Assembly (NCBI GenBank): GCA_036338695.1
Contig: JAYZBQ010000015.1
Coordinates: forward strand, 64,001-128,000
DNA: 64,000 bases
DNA from: Myxococcota bacterium
GTDB taxonomy: Bacteria > Myxococcota > UBA4151
Direction: 5' to 3'
This document shows positions 46,095-59,272 of the stretch, in pieces. The position numbers and the translations under genes were made by a program. Positions within the stretch are counted from its first letter, which is position 1, and every line of letters begins with the position of its first letter. Below the pieces are notes generated by a model. It saw nothing but the letters and a program-made list of their open reading frames with translations, was not told where the DNA came from and ran no database searches.

Positions 46095-47255
46095 ATGAAA
46101 ATTCACGAGTATCAGGGCAAGTCGATCTTGGCTGAGTTCGGTGTCCCGGTCCCGAAGGGGCGCGTCATTGACCAGCCCGCCGAGGCGGCTGCCGTCTACG
46201 ACGAGTTGGGCGGTCCTCTTTGCGTCGTCAAGGCGCAGATCCACGCTGGCGGGCGCGGCAAGGGCGGCGGTGTTAAGCTCGCACGCAGCGCCGCTGAGGC
46301 GGTGGAGCATGCCGAAGCGATTCTTGGGATGCAGCTGGTGACGCACCAGACAGGTCCTGAGGGTAAAGAGGTCCTCAAGGTGCTCATCGAGGAGGGGACC
46401 GACATCGCGCGGGAACTGTACGTGGCGATGGTCCCAGACCGGGAGACGCAGCGCGTCTGTTTGATGGCATCGACCGAGGGCGGGATGGACATCGAGAAGG
46501 TCGCTGAAGAGACACCTGAGAAGATCCTTAAAGAGTGGGTTGAGCCGGCGGTCGGCCTGAGCGGCTATCAGTGCCGCAAGATCGCCTACGCGCTCGGTAT
46601 CGAGGGCGGCGCTGTGCGCCAGATGGGCAAGGTCCTGACCGGGCTGTACAAAGCCTTCATGGCGAAGGACGCGTCGCTGGCAGAGATCAACCCGCTCGTG
46701 GTCACAGGTGATAACGAGATCATCGCGCTGGACGCCAAGTTCAACTTTGACTCCAACGCCATGTACCGCCAGAAGGCGGTCGCCGAGATGCGGGACCTGA
46801 GCGAGGAGGACGCTCGCGAGATCGAGGCGAGCAAGTACGACCTGGCGTACATCGCGCTCGACGGCAACATCGGCTGTCTGGTCAACGGGGCGGGGCTCGC
46901 CATGGCGACCATGGACACCATCAAGCTGTACGGCGGTGAGCCCGCCAACTTCCTCGACGTGGGGGGCGGAGCGACCACCGAGAAGGTGACCGCTGCCTTT
47001 AAGCTGATCCTCGCAGACTCGGCGGTTCGCTGCGTTATGGTGAACATCTTCGGCGGCATCATGAAATGTGACGTCATCGCTCAAGGTGTCGTGGCTGCGG
47101 CGCAAGAGGTGGGGCTGAATGTCCCCTTGGTCGTGCGCTTAGCGGGTACCAACGTGGAGCTTGGACAAAAGATTTTAGCGGACTCGGGTCTACCCATTAT
47201 CTCCGCTGACAATATGGGCGACGCGGCGCGCAAAGCTGTGGAGGCGGCAAACTAA
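46095..47255 (+). CDS. sucC: succinyl-CoA ligase beta subunit
   Basis: [41 protein letters not shown]. Confidence 0.97.
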   Translation: MKIHEYQGKSILAEFGVPVPKGRVIDQPAEAAAVYDELGGPLCVVKAQIHAGGRGKGGGVKLARSAAEAVEHAEAILGMQLVTHQTGPEGKEVLKVLIEEGTDIARELYVAMVPDRETQRVCLMASTEGGMDIEKVAEETPEKILKEWVEPAVGLSGYQCRKIAYALGIEGGAVRQMGKVLTGLYKAFMAKDASLAEINPLVVTGDNEIIALDAKFNFDSNAMYRQKAVAEMRDLSEEDAREIEASKYDLAYIALDGNIGCLVNGAGLAMATMDTIKLYGGEPANFLDVGGGATTEKVTAAFKLILADSAVRCVMVNIFGGIMKCDVIAQGVVAAAQEVGLNVPLVVRLAGTNVELGQKILADSGLPIISADNMGDAARKAVEAAN

Positions 47256-48140
47256 ATGAGCATCTTTATCGATAAGAACACCAAGGTGATGGTGCAGGGA
47301 ATCACAGGCTCAGCCGGGAGCTTTCACGCAGGGCAGATGGTCAGCTACGGCACGCAGGTGGTCGCAGGGGTCACGCCAGGGCGCGGCGGTCAGACCTTTA
47401 ACGAGTCGGTGCCCGTGTTCAACACGGTCGCAGAAGCGGCCGCTGAGACGGGCGCTAATGCGACGGCTATCTTTGTGCCTCCGCCGTTTGCTGCGGACGC
47501 CATCTTGGAAGCGTGCGACGCAGGGATCGAGACGATCGTTGCCATCACCGAGGGGATCCCGGTCCTCGACATGATCGGCGTGCGCGCCGCCATGAAGGGC
47601 AGCGCCAGCCGACTGATCGGACCGAACTGCCCGGGCATTATCACGCCGGGTGAGTGCAAGATCGGGATCATGCCAGGGCACATTCACCAGTCCGGCCGGA
47701 TCGGTGTCGTGAGCAAGTCGGGTACGCTGACCTACGAGGCGGTTGGGCAGCTCAGCGCGCTGAACATCGGACAGTCGACCTGCATCGGGATTGGCGGGGA
47801 TCCGGTCAACGGCACCAACTTCATCGACGTGCTCGAAGCCTTCGAGGCGGATCAGGACACCGACGGGATCATCATGATCGGAGAGATCGGTGGAAACGCT
47901 GAGGAAGAGGCGGCGGCGTGGATCGCCGATCACTTCACCAAGCCGGTGGTGGGCTTCATCGCCGGTATGACGGCACCTCCGGGCAAGCGGATGGGGCACG
48001 CCGGGGCGATCATCAGCGGTGGCTCAGGGACGGCAAGCGCCAAGGTCGCTGCTCTGCGGGAGGCGGGCGCGACGGTCGTTGACTCGCCGTCGGAGATGGG
48101 CGTGGCCATGCAGGCGTTGCTCGCATCGAAGGGCGCGTAA
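47256..48140 (+). CDS. sucD: succinyl-CoA ligase alpha subunit
   Basis: QGITG, IGPNCPG, SGTLTYE, RMGHAGA phospho-His. Confidence 0.97.
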   Translation: MSIFIDKNTKVMVQGITGSAGSFHAGQMVSYGTQVVAGVTPGRGGQTFNESVPVFNTVAEAAAETGANATAIFVPPPFAADAILEACDAGIETIVAITEGIPVLDMIGVRAAMKGSASRLIGPNCPGIITPGECKIGIMPGHIHQSGRIGVVSKSGTLTYEAVGQLSALNIGQSTCIGIGGDPVNGTNFIDVLEAFEADQDTDGIIMIGEIGGNAEEEAAAWIADHFTKPVVGFIAGMTAPPGKRMGHAGAIISGGSGTASAKVAALREAGATVVDSPSEMGVAMQALLASKGA

Positions 48141-48175
48141 CGCTCCGTACGATGACCGGCTGAGGGTAACCCATG

Positions 48176-48204
48176 TTGACTTTGGCGGCGGCTTTCATCA
48201 CAAG
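48176..48204 (+). promoter_or_regulatory. putative promoter of the IHF-carB-greA unit
   Basis: TTGACT-17nt-CACAAG. Confidence 0.4.
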
Positions 48205-48228
48205 CCTTCGCGTGATGAGGGGGTGGTG

Positions 48229-48549
48229 ATGGCAAAGCAGGATCTCCCGAGCGTTCGACGCTCTGAAATTATCGAACGCTTCGCGCAGCGCGTGATGGTA
48301 GACAACCTCAGCGCGGATGACGCCGCGCTGGTGGCGAATACGATCCTCGATAGCCTGCGCCAGGCGTTGATCGACGGACAGCGCATCGAGATCCGTGGCT
48401 TTGGCACCTTTACGGTGAATCATTACCAAGCGCGTAAGGGGCGTCACCCTAAGAACCCCAACCAAACCATCGACGTCGCCGCCAAACGACTCCCGCGCTT
48501 TCGCCCCGGTAAGGCGCTGCGCGAAGCGGTGATGGAGTCCGCTAAATAG
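48229..48549 (+). CDS. integration host factor beta-like (HU/IHF family)
   Basis: [24 protein letters not shown]. Confidence 0.88.
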   Translation: MAKQDLPSVRRSEIIERFAQRVMVDNLSADDAALVANTILDSLRQALIDGQRIEIRGFGTFTVNHYQARKGRHPKNPNQTIDVAAKRLPRFRPGKALREAVMESAK

Positions 48550-48565
48550 CCTCGGAGACAATCGC

Positions 48566-51787
<3,222 letters not shown>

Positions 51788-51823
51788 GGCGAGGGCGAGC
51801 GACGAAGAGTCAAGGGGAGCGCC

Positions 51824-52321
51824 ATGGCGATTGAACGGGTCTTGTTGACGGTGACCGGACACGAGCGGCTCTCAGCCGAATTCCACAAGATGAAAACCGA
51901 AACCCGCCCGGCGGTTGTGCAAGAGCTGAGCGAGGCGCGCGCCCACGGCGACTTGAGCGAGAACGCAGAGTACCACGCCGCCAAAGAGAAGCTCGCCTTT
52001 GTCGATACCCGTATTGGTTATCTCGAAGATCGCTTGACGCGCGCCGAGGTGATCGACGTCAACGAGACCGTTGGCGAGGTCGTGCGCTTTGGAGCGACGG
52101 TGACCCTGCTGGATTTCGATGACGACACCGAGTCGCGCTACCAGATCGTCGGTGAGGAAGAAGCGGATCTCGACGCGCTCCGCATCAGCACATCGAGCCC
52201 CGTCGCCATGGCGGTGATGGGTAAGAGCGAGGGCGACGTGATCGAGCTCAAGCTGCCGGCAGGTGTACGCGACTTGGAGATCGTCCGAGTCGAATACGTC
52301 GAAAACCCGCAACTGGTGTGA
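51824..52321 (+). CDS. greA: transcription elongation factor GreA
   Basis: AHGDLSENAEYHAAKE, VRFGATV, YQIVGEEEAD, IS..SP. Confidence 0.96.
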   Translation: MAIERVLLTVTGHERLSAEFHKMKTETRPAVVQELSEARAHGDLSENAEYHAAKEKLAFVDTRIGYLEDRLTRAEVIDVNETVGEVVRFGATVTLLDFDDDTESRYQIVGEEEADLDALRISTSSPVAMAVMGKSEGDVIELKLPAGVRDLEIVRVEYVENPQLV

Positions 52322-53340
52322 TGAAGCCCTTACCCGGGCGGATCAAGAGCCAGCCAGAAGACTTCGGCGTCACGGAGCTGCCCGCCTTTAGCCCCGAGGG
52401 CTCGGGCGACCACCTGTATCTATGGGTCGAGAAGCTCGGCGTCTCAACGCCGCACCTGATCGCTCAGCTGGCTCGGCGATGTCAGCTGGCGTCGGGCGCT
52501 GTCGGCGTCGCAGGCAGGAAAGACAAGCAGGCGATCACGCGCCAATGGGTCAGCCTTCCGACGACCACTGGCGGCGACTTGTCCCTCCTGCCTGACGATG
52601 GCGAGCGGTGCGCGCTCAACGATGGCTGGTACCGGATCCTCAACAGGGCCGATCACCGCCGGCGGCTTAAGGTGGGCGCGCTGCGCGGCAACGCCTTTCG
52701 TCTCATCGTTCGTGAACTCGACGCAGAGCAACGCACCGAGCTGCTGCGCCGCTGCGCTGAGGTCTCGGCGGCAGGATATTTGGTCAACGCTTATGGGGAG
52801 CAGCGATTCGTCGACCCCGAGGCGCTCGATCAAGCTCGAGCGCTCTTTGAGCGCAAGCGTCTGCGCGGCCGTAAAGACAGCTTCGTGCTGAGCGTCGCTC
52901 AAGCCGCCATTTTCAATCGCTACCTCGCACGCCGACTCGAGCATCCCGAGCCGCTCTCGGGTGAATGGTACGGGACCGCTCGAGGCGGGCGCTTTGACGG
53001 GGCTCGAGATGAGCCGAATCGACTGATCGAACGGCTCGAGGCGGGCGAGATTGTCCCGCTCGCGCCGATGTTGGGTCGAGATGTTCAGCCGACAGGAGCG
53101 TGCTCCGAGTTGGTGGCGAGCTGCTGCGCAGAGCTTGGTTTTGAGGGCGTCGATTGGGCCGCTTTTGGCAAGCGGCTTCGGGGAACGTGGAGGCCGACGA
53201 GGGTGGCGCTCGATGGCCTCGAGGGGTTGGAAGAGGATCACGCGGTGACGCTGCGCTTTGACCTCCCGGCGGGCGCGTACGCCACCGTCTTGACCGCTCG
53301 ATTATTGGAGGGACGGTGGACCTTTCCCTACAGCAGCTGA
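52321..53340 (+). CDS. truD: tRNA pseudouridine(13) synthase
   Basis: PEDF.V.E, AGRKDKQAITRQW, GN.F, N.YGEQRF, F.LP.GAYAT. Confidence 0.9.
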   Translation: MKPLPGRIKSQPEDFGVTELPAFSPEGSGDHLYLWVEKLGVSTPHLIAQLARRCQLASGAVGVAGRKDKQAITRQWVSLPTTTGGDLSLLPDDGERCALNDGWYRILNRADHRRRLKVGALRGNAFRLIVRELDAEQRTELLRRCAEVSAAGYLVNAYGEQRFVDPEALDQARALFERKRLRGRKDSFVLSVAQAAIFNRYLARRLEHPEPLSGEWYGTARGGRFDGARDEPNRLIERLEAGEIVPLAPMLGRDVQPTGACSELVASCCAELGFEGVDWAAFGKRLRGTWRPTRVALDGLEGLEEDHAVTLRFDLPAGAYATVLTARLLEGRWTFPYSS

Positions 53341-54176
53341 CGGTCAGCGCATCGGGGCGGCCGGAGCAGGTGCTTGCGCAACAGCTCGGTTTGAGCCGGC
53401 GCGTGTTGACCCACTGGCTCAAGGAGGGGCGGTTGTTAGCCGGCGGTCGAGTGATCGCCAAAGGGGAGCGACTCGCCGCCGGGCAGTCGGTGGGGCTGCG
53501 ACTTGATGGTCAACTCGGCTGCTGGGTTGAGCCTGCGAGCGAGCCGCTCGCGCTGCTCTGCCAAGCTTCGGACTGGATGGCGCTCGATAAGCCCGCAGGG
53601 ATGCCGAGCCATCTCAGGCTGCCCTTTGAGCGCGGCACCGCGCTGAACCATTTCGTTGCCCATGACTCAGCTTGCGCCACGATCGGTCCCGACCGCCTAC
53701 AAGCCGGACTCCTTCATCGGCTGGATAATGACACCTCGGGTGCGCTGATCGCGGCGAGGACACCGCAGGCTTATCGGGCGCTGCGTGAAGCCTTTCGTGT
53801 GGGCGCCGTTCGGCGCGTCTACCGAGCCCGGGTGAGCCCACAAGCCGGTGGTTTTCCTCAGGGCGAAGGGGTGTTTGAGAAGCGGCTCCTTGCGCGTGGT
53901 GCGCGCGTGGTGGTCGATTCGTTAGGGCGAGCGACGCGGACGACCTGGCGAGCGCTCGACGCCTTCGGCTTGCTCGAGCTCTCGCTCGAGACCGGACACC
54001 GGCATCAGCTGCGGGTACACCTCGCTGATCACGGCTGGCCGATTGAGGGCGACCTCCTTTACGGCGGCGCGCCGCAGCAACGGTTAGCGCTTCACTGTGT
54101 CGCGCTGTCTTGGCGTGACCTTGAGGTCGAGGCGCCGACGCCAGCGGGCCTGCAGCCTAGAGATGAGATGCGCTGA
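53316..54176 (+). CDS. RluA/RluD family pseudouridine synthase
   Basis: S4-like N-terminus, DKPAG, HRLDNDTSG, TGHRHQLRVH, GD.LYG. Confidence 0.9.
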   Translation: MDLSLQQLTVSASGRPEQVLAQQLGLSRRVLTHWLKEGRLLAGGRVIAKGERLAAGQSVGLRLDGQLGCWVEPASEPLALLCQASDWMALDKPAGMPSHLRLPFERGTALNHFVAHDSACATIGPDRLQAGLLHRLDNDTSGALIAARTPQAYRALREAFRVGAVRRVYRARVSPQAGGFPQGEGVFEKRLLARGARVVVDSLGRATRTTWRALDAFGLLELSLETGHRHQLRVHLADHGWPIEGDLLYGGAPQQRLALHCVALSWRDLEVEAPTPAGLQPRDEMR

Positions 54177-54210
54177 GCGCTGATCGGTCGCTCTATGCGG
54201 GGCTTTTTCC

Positions 54211-54239
54211 TTGACCCCAACACGCCGTGAGCGCAAAAG
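54211..54239 (+). promoter_or_regulatory. putative rpsA promoter
   Basis: T-rich upstream tract, then TTGACC-17nt-CAAAAG. Confidence 0.5.
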
Positions 54240-54252
54240 CCGGCGCCTGATC

Positions 54253-54344
54253 GGGCTGGGTCTGCCACCAGCTCCTATTTTATCGAAGTGATGCGCCGGG
54301 CAGACGGCGCCCTAATCCGATGTCTGAGATGGGCTTGGACACGG
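54253..54344 (+). promoter_or_regulatory. structured rpsA 5' leader (three hairpins, potential kissing loops)
   Basis: Hairpins at 54253-54274, 54293-54310 and 54317-54344; loops TCTGCC and GGCAGA are complementary. Confidence 0.55.
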
Positions 54345-54361
54345 CTGAATAAGAGGGTCGC

Positions 54362-56107
54362 ATGACCGAGACTGAATTTTCCACAAACGAAATGGGCCAG
54401 CTGCTTGAAGCCGGTCTAACCTTTGAAGACTTGCTGAACCAAGCGGAGCCCGAAGAGTCCCGCTTTGAAGAAGGTAAGCTGGTCGAAGGGACCATCATTG
54501 AGGTGCACCGTGACTACGTCGTCGTCGACGTCGGTTACAAGAGCGAGGGGATGATCTCTCGGCACGAGTTCCGCTCGACGCCAGAGGAAGAGCTCGTCGC
54601 CGGTACCAAGGTGACGGTGTACATCGAGCACAAAGAGAACGAGCAAGGCTACTTGGACGTGTCCAAGGAGAAAGCCGACCGACTCAAGGTCTGGGACGAG
54701 ATCGCCGAGGCTTTCGAAAAAGACGAGGTGGTTACTGGGACCATCATCGGGCGCGTCAAAGGTGGGATGCACGTCGACATCGGAGTCAAAGCCTTCCTGC
54801 CGGGTTCGCAGGTCGACCTGCGCCCCGTACGCAACTACGACCGCCTGGTCGGTGAGTCGATGGACTTCAAGATCATCAAGTTCAACCGCCGCCGCCCGAA
54901 CATCGTCCTGTCGCGTCGTGCGCTGCTCGAGAAAGAGCGCGCGTCGATGCGTACGGACACGCTTGAGCGCCTCCAAGAGGGCGCCGTCCTCAAGGGCATC
55001 GTCAAGAACCTGACCGACTACGGCGCCTTCATCGACATGGGCGGCATCGACGGGTTGTTGCACATCACTGACATGAGCTGGGGCCGCGTGAACCACCCGG
55101 GTCAGCTGTACAACGTGGGTGATGAGGTCGAGGTCAAGGTCCTCAAGTTTGACACCGAGAAAGAGCGTGTCTCGCTGGGTATCAAGCAGCTTACTGAGGA
55201 CCCGTGGTTCGAAGCCAAGGACAAGTATCCGCTGGGTATGAACGTCAAGGGCAACGTGGTCTCCATGACCGACTACGGCGCCTTCATCGAGATTGAGCCG
55301 GGTGTTGAAGGTCTGGTCCACGTGACCGAGATGAGCTGGACGCGCCGCATCAAGCACCCCTCCAAGATGGTGGCGCTCGGTGACGAGGTCGAGGCACGCG
55401 TCCTCGACATCGACTTGGAGAACAAGCGCATCAGCCTTGGCATGAAGCAGCTCGAAGAGAACCCGTGGCACACCCTGGCTGAGCGTTATCCCGTCGGGAC
55501 CGTGATCCAAGGACGCATCCGCAACCTGACCGAGTTCGGTGTCTTTGTGGGTGTGGAAGAGGGGATCGACGGCTTAGTGCACATCAGCGACCTGAGCTGG
55601 ACCCACCGCGTGCGGCACCCGAGCGAGGTGTACCAAAAGGGTGACGAGGTCGAAGCCGTGGTGCTCGATATCGACGCCTCAAACGAGCGCTTCAGCCTCG
55701 GCATCAAGCAGCTGCACCCCGATCCGTGGGAGTCGCTGACCAACGAATACCCGCGTGGCTCGAAGGTCATGGGCACGGTGAAGAAGCTCACCGACTATGG
55801 CGCCTTCATCGAGCTCGCAGAGGGCATCGAGGGGCTTTGCCACGTCAGCGAGCTCTCCGAAGAGCGTGTGGACAGCCCGGCAGACGTCCTCAAGATCGGT
55901 CAAGAGGTGGAAGTCCTGGTGATCGACCTCGACCCGGCGGATCGCCGCATCGGCTTGTCGCTCAAGGCGGTGGGTCGCGCTGACGAGATCGTCGACTACC
56001 GAGCGTACCTGAGCGATGGTGTCTCCTCGCAGCAAGGTGACGCGAACGGTGGGACGACCTTGGGCGAAGCCTTCGGCGACGTCTTAGGGAACCTGAAGGA
56101 CGACTAA
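54362..56107 (+). CDS. rpsA: 30S ribosomal protein S1
   Basis: Six S1 repeats (DVGYKSEG, AFLPGS, YGAFID..GIDGLLH, RISLG.KQL). Confidence 0.98.
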   Translation: MTETEFSTNEMGQLLEAGLTFEDLLNQAEPEESRFEEGKLVEGTIIEVHRDYVVVDVGYKSEGMISRHEFRSTPEEELVAGTKVTVYIEHKENEQGYLDVSKEKADRLKVWDEIAEAFEKDEVVTGTIIGRVKGGMHVDIGVKAFLPGSQVDLRPVRNYDRLVGESMDFKIIKFNRRRPNIVLSRRALLEKERASMRTDTLERLQEGAVLKGIVKNLTDYGAFIDMGGIDGLLHITDMSWGRVNHPGQLYNVGDEVEVKVLKFDTEKERVSLGIKQLTEDPWFEAKDKYPLGMNVKGNVVSMTDYGAFIEIEPGVEGLVHVTEMSWTRRIKHPSKMVALGDEVEARVLDIDLENKRISLGMKQLEENPWHTLAERYPVGTVIQGRIRNLTEFGVFVGVEEGIDGLVHISDLSWTHRVRHPSEVYQKGDEVEAVVLDIDASNERFSLGIKQLHPDPWESLTNEYPRGSKVMGTVKKLTDYGAFIELAEGIEGLCHVSELSEERVDSPADVLKIGQEVEVLVIDLDPADRRIGLSLKAVGRADEIVDYRAYLSDGVSSQQGDANGGTTLGEAFGDVLGNLKDD

Positions 56108-56132
56108 TCCCTGGTTGTAGGGATGGTCACCC

Positions 56133-56173
56133 AACAAGGACGGCGGCGGCTCATGCCGCCGTCTTTGTTTTTT
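56133..56173 (+). terminator. intrinsic terminator after rpsA
   Basis: AACAAGGACGGCGGC-loop-GCCGCCGTCTTTGTT followed by a T run. Confidence 0.85.
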
Positions 56174-56196
56174 GAAAGTGAGCGAGGATACGAGGG

Positions 56197-56733
56197 ATGC
56201 GAATCGTTGGGGGAGCGTGGCGCGGCCGTCGGCTGAAGTCACCGGGAGAGATCAAGGGGGTCCGCCCGACCTCAGATCGGCTGCGCGAGGCGCTCTTTAA
56301 CATCCTTGCTGCCCGTGTGCGCGGCTGCAGCTTCGTCGACCTCTACGCCGGTACCGGCGCCGTCGGGCTCGAGGCCGCCTCGCGCGGCGCCGCTGAGGTG
56401 GTGTTGGTCGAGCGCGCTCGGCGCGCCCAGGTCTTGTGCCTCGCCAACATCGAAGCCTGTCGTGCGGGCGAGCGGGTCACGCTGCGCAAAGCATCGGCGG
56501 AGCGTCCTGGTGCATTGCCCATCGCCGACATTGCCTTTGCCGACCCTCCGTACGCACAGGCGGCTCAGACGAGCCTCGATACGCTGCTCTCGGTGCGCGT
56601 GGCGCCGGGCGGTTGCTGGTGTCTTGAGCTCGCCGCCGACAGCGACCCACCTCAGCCTCCTGTTGGCGTTGCGGTGGTCCTCGACCGCGTGTACGGGGGG
56701 TCTAGGTTGATCATCTACGAGCAGGTTGACTGA
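56197..56733 (+). CDS. rsmD: 16S rRNA m2G966 methyltransferase
   Basis: MRIVGG..RGR.L, RPTSDRLREALFN, DLYAGTGA.GLEA.SRGA, DPPY. Confidence 0.93.
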   Translation: MRIVGGAWRGRRLKSPGEIKGVRPTSDRLREALFNILAARVRGCSFVDLYAGTGAVGLEAASRGAAEVVLVERARRAQVLCLANIEACRAGERVTLRKASAERPGALPIADIAFADPPYAQAAQTSLDTLLSVRVAPGGCWCLELAADSDPPQPPVGVAVVLDRVYGGSRLIIYEQVD

Positions 56734-57212
56734 TGAAGCGAGCCGTCTACGCAGGCAGTTTTGACCCGATGACCAACGGTCATTTGGATATCATTCAGCG
56801 CGGTTTGGTCCTGGCGGAAGAGCTGATCGTCGCCGTGGCGGTCAACACAAGTAAGTCGAATGGGCTGTTTGATTTAGACGCGCGCGTGGAGATGATCCGT
56901 TCCGTGATCGGCGATGACAAACGGGTACGCGTGATGAAGCTCGACGGTTTGTTGACCGACTTCTGCAAGCGCGAGGGCATCCAGCTGATGTTGCGCGGTT
57001 TGCGGGCCGTCTCTGACTTTGAAAAAGAGCTGCAGATGGCCAACATGAACCGCCAGCTCTCGAGCGCCGTAGAGACGGTCTTCTTGATGACGGACGCCGA
57101 GCACTTTTATGTCAGCAGCTCACTGGTGCGTGAGATCGCAAAGCTCGGCGGACCGATCGATCAGTTTGTGCCACCTCAGGTCGCAGCGGCGATGAGCGAA
57201 CGCCGATCATGA
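56733..57212 (+). CDS. coaD: pantetheine-phosphate adenylyltransferase
   Basis: GSFDPMTNGHLDII, RGLRAVSDFE, VSSSLVREIA. Confidence 0.97.
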   Translation: MKRAVYAGSFDPMTNGHLDIIQRGLVLAEELIVAVAVNTSKSNGLFDLDARVEMIRSVIGDDKRVRVMKLDGLLTDFCKREGIQLMLRGLRAVSDFEKELQMANMNRQLSSAVETVFLMTDAEHFYVSSSLVREIAKLGGPIDQFVPPQVAAAMSERRS

Positions 57213-58390
57213 CGCAGCACATCGCAAGCCGCGCCCAGCGCCTGCAGCCCTCACCAACTCTTGCGGTGTCGAGCCAAGCGAAAGCCATGCGGGCGCAAGG
57301 GCACCCCGTGATCTCGCTCGCAGCCGGTGAGCCGGACTTGGCGACGCCGGAGGTGGTGATCAAGGCCGCTCAGCGTGCGCTGGAGGCAGGCGCGACACGC
57401 TATACGCCGGTCAAGGGGATCCCGAAGCTCTGCGCCGCCATCGCCGACGATTCCAAGAGGGCGCGCCAGGTCGCGTGCGACCCGGAGCGAGAGGTGATCG
57501 TGACCGTGGGCGCAAAGCAGGCGCTCTATAACGCCTTTCAGGTCTTGCTCGAGCCCGGCGATGAGGTTTTGCTGCCGCTGCCGAGTTGGGTCAGTTACGC
57601 CCCTCAGGTGGAGCTTGCGGGCGGGGTCGCTGTTCCGGTTGCGGGGCGAGCGGAACTCGGATTTTATCCGTCGATCGAGGCGCTGGAGCAAGCCGTAAGC
57701 GATCGCAGCCGTTTGCTGGTGCTCACGTCTCCGAGCAACCCGACGGGCTTAGTCGCGCAGCCATCTCAGGTCGAAGCTGTGTGCCATTGGGCGGTGAGCC
57801 GCGGGCTCACCATCATCAGCGATGAGATCTACCGGCGCATTTGCTTCCGTGACGCGCCGGCGCTGCTAAGCCCGCAGACGGTGGTGGGTACCGAGCATGT
57901 GGTGGTGGTTGATGGGGTCTCGAAAAGCCACTGCATGACCGGTTGGCGGATCGGCTGGGCGGTGGCGCCGTCTTCGGTGATCGGCGCGATGGCGAAGCTG
58001 CAGAGCCACCAGACCTCGAACGCTGCAGCGGTTGCCCAGCACGCAGCGTTCACGGCGCTTCTTGAGGCGGACGACCATGTGCGCCAGCTGGTCCAGAGCC
58101 TGGAGGCGCGTCGTGACGTCTTCGTCCCACGCCTCAGATCGATCGAGGGGCTCGAGGCGCTATGGCCTCAGGGTGCTTTCTACGTCTTCGCCGACGTTCG
58201 ACAGGCGCTCGCCGAGGGCGAGGACGACCTTGCGTTTTGCCAAGGCTTGCTGCGTGAGCAGGCGGTGGCTGCGGTGCCTGGCTCGGCGTTTGGGGCGCCT
58301 GGCTGGTTGCGCTTGAGTCTGGCTGCGCCACAGGCTGACCTCGACGCCGCAGCTGATCGGATCGAGGCTTATCTGAATGACCGAGGCTGA
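57209..58390 (+). CDS. class I/II PLP aminotransferase (aspartate aminotransferase-like)
   Basis: AGEPD, GAKQAL, SPSNPTG, SDEIY, SKSHCMTGWRIG. Confidence 0.92.
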   Translation: MTQHIASRAQRLQPSPTLAVSSQAKAMRAQGHPVISLAAGEPDLATPEVVIKAAQRALEAGATRYTPVKGIPKLCAAIADDSKRARQVACDPEREVIVTVGAKQALYNAFQVLLEPGDEVLLPLPSWVSYAPQVELAGGVAVPVAGRAELGFYPSIEALEQAVSDRSRLLVLTSPSNPTGLVAQPSQVEAVCHWAVSRGLTIISDEIYRRICFRDAPALLSPQTVVGTEHVVVVDGVSKSHCMTGWRIGWAVAPSSVIGAMAKLQSHQTSNAAAVAQHAAFTALLEADDHVRQLVQSLEARRDVFVPRLRSIEGLEALWPQGAFYVFADVRQALAEGEDDLAFCQGLLREQAVAAVPGSAFGAPGWLRLSLAAPQADLDAAADRIEAYLNDRG

Positions 58391-59270
58391 GCTCGTCGCT
58401 CTGCTGCGCCGGCGAGCCGGTGACGCCTCCTCGCTTGCGATCGCTTTCTCGGCAGGGTTGGACAGCACGGCGTTGGCGCGGCTAGCGGTTGAGGCCGGCT
58501 TGCGGCCAATGCTCTTGCACGTTGATCACGGGACCGACTCTGCGCCGAGCGCGCGCCAGGTCGCGCAGCGCTTGAGCGCAGAGCTGCGGCTCGAGCTGCG
58601 GGTACTCAAGGCGGAGTTTGATGAGCAGGGCGGGGGGTTTGAGGCGACGGCGCGCCGAGCACGCTATCAGGCGCTGGAGGCGGCTTGGCGCGGAACGGTC
58701 TGGCTCGCGCAGACGCGCGATGACTGGATCGAGACCGTCTGGATGCGCTTTCTGAGCGGCTCGACACCTGTCTATTGGTCGACCATGCCTGAGCGCAGAG
58801 GGCGTTTTGAGCGCCCGCTAATAACCGTTCGGCGCAGCCTGTTACAGAGGCGAAGCAGCGGCGCCCACGCCGACCCGATGAACGCGAGCGATCGCTTTGA
58901 TCGGGTGCATCTGAGGCGGTCGGGGGTCCTTGAGCGCATCGACCCGGAGGGGGCGCTCGCCGACGCCATCAGCGGAATAGGAGTCCGTGTGAGGCGGTTG
59001 CAACTGCGAGCATGGGATGTCCCGCTCGAGGAGTTGACCATGGAGCTGCGCGTGCTGTCCGTGCGAGCCGCGCTCGCCGACCTCTGGCGAGGCGTGCGAG
59101 TACGTCAGTCGTTTGTGCGTGAGCTGGCGCAGGCCGCCGGACGGCCAAGTCGAAAAACCCGCCGTTTTTGCGCAGCGGGCCGTACGGTATACTTGCGAGA
59201 CGGTAGGTTGGTGCTTAGCTTAGAAGAGAATGTCGAATCCGGCGCAACAAGGCGTCTGGGCGAGGAGTGA
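58377..59270 (+). CDS. tilS: tRNA(Ile)-lysidine synthase, divergent and short
   Basis: PP-loop SAGLDS, HVDHG, E..AR..RY..L, DD..ET, RPL; sits directly upstream of ftsH. Confidence 0.75.
   Translation: MTEAELVALLRRRAGDASSLAIAFSAGLDSTALARLAVEAGLRPMLLHVDHGTDSAPSARQVAQRLSAELRLELRVLKAEFDEQGGGFEATARRARYQALEAAWRGTVWLAQTRDDWIETVWMRFLSGSTPVYWSTMPERRGRFERPLITVRRSLLQRRSSGAHADPMNASDRFDRVHLRRSGVLERIDPEGALADAISGIGVRVRRLQLRAWDVPLEELTMELRVLSVRAALADLWRGVRVRQSFVRELAQAAGRPSRKTRRFCAAGRTVYLRDGRLVLSLEENVESGATRRLGEE
59188..59221 (+). promoter_or_regulatory. candidate ftsH promoter(s) inside the tilS 3' end
   Basis: TATACT at 59188; TTGCGA-17nt-TAGCTT at 59193-59221. Confidence 0.35.
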
Positions 59271-59272
59271 CG

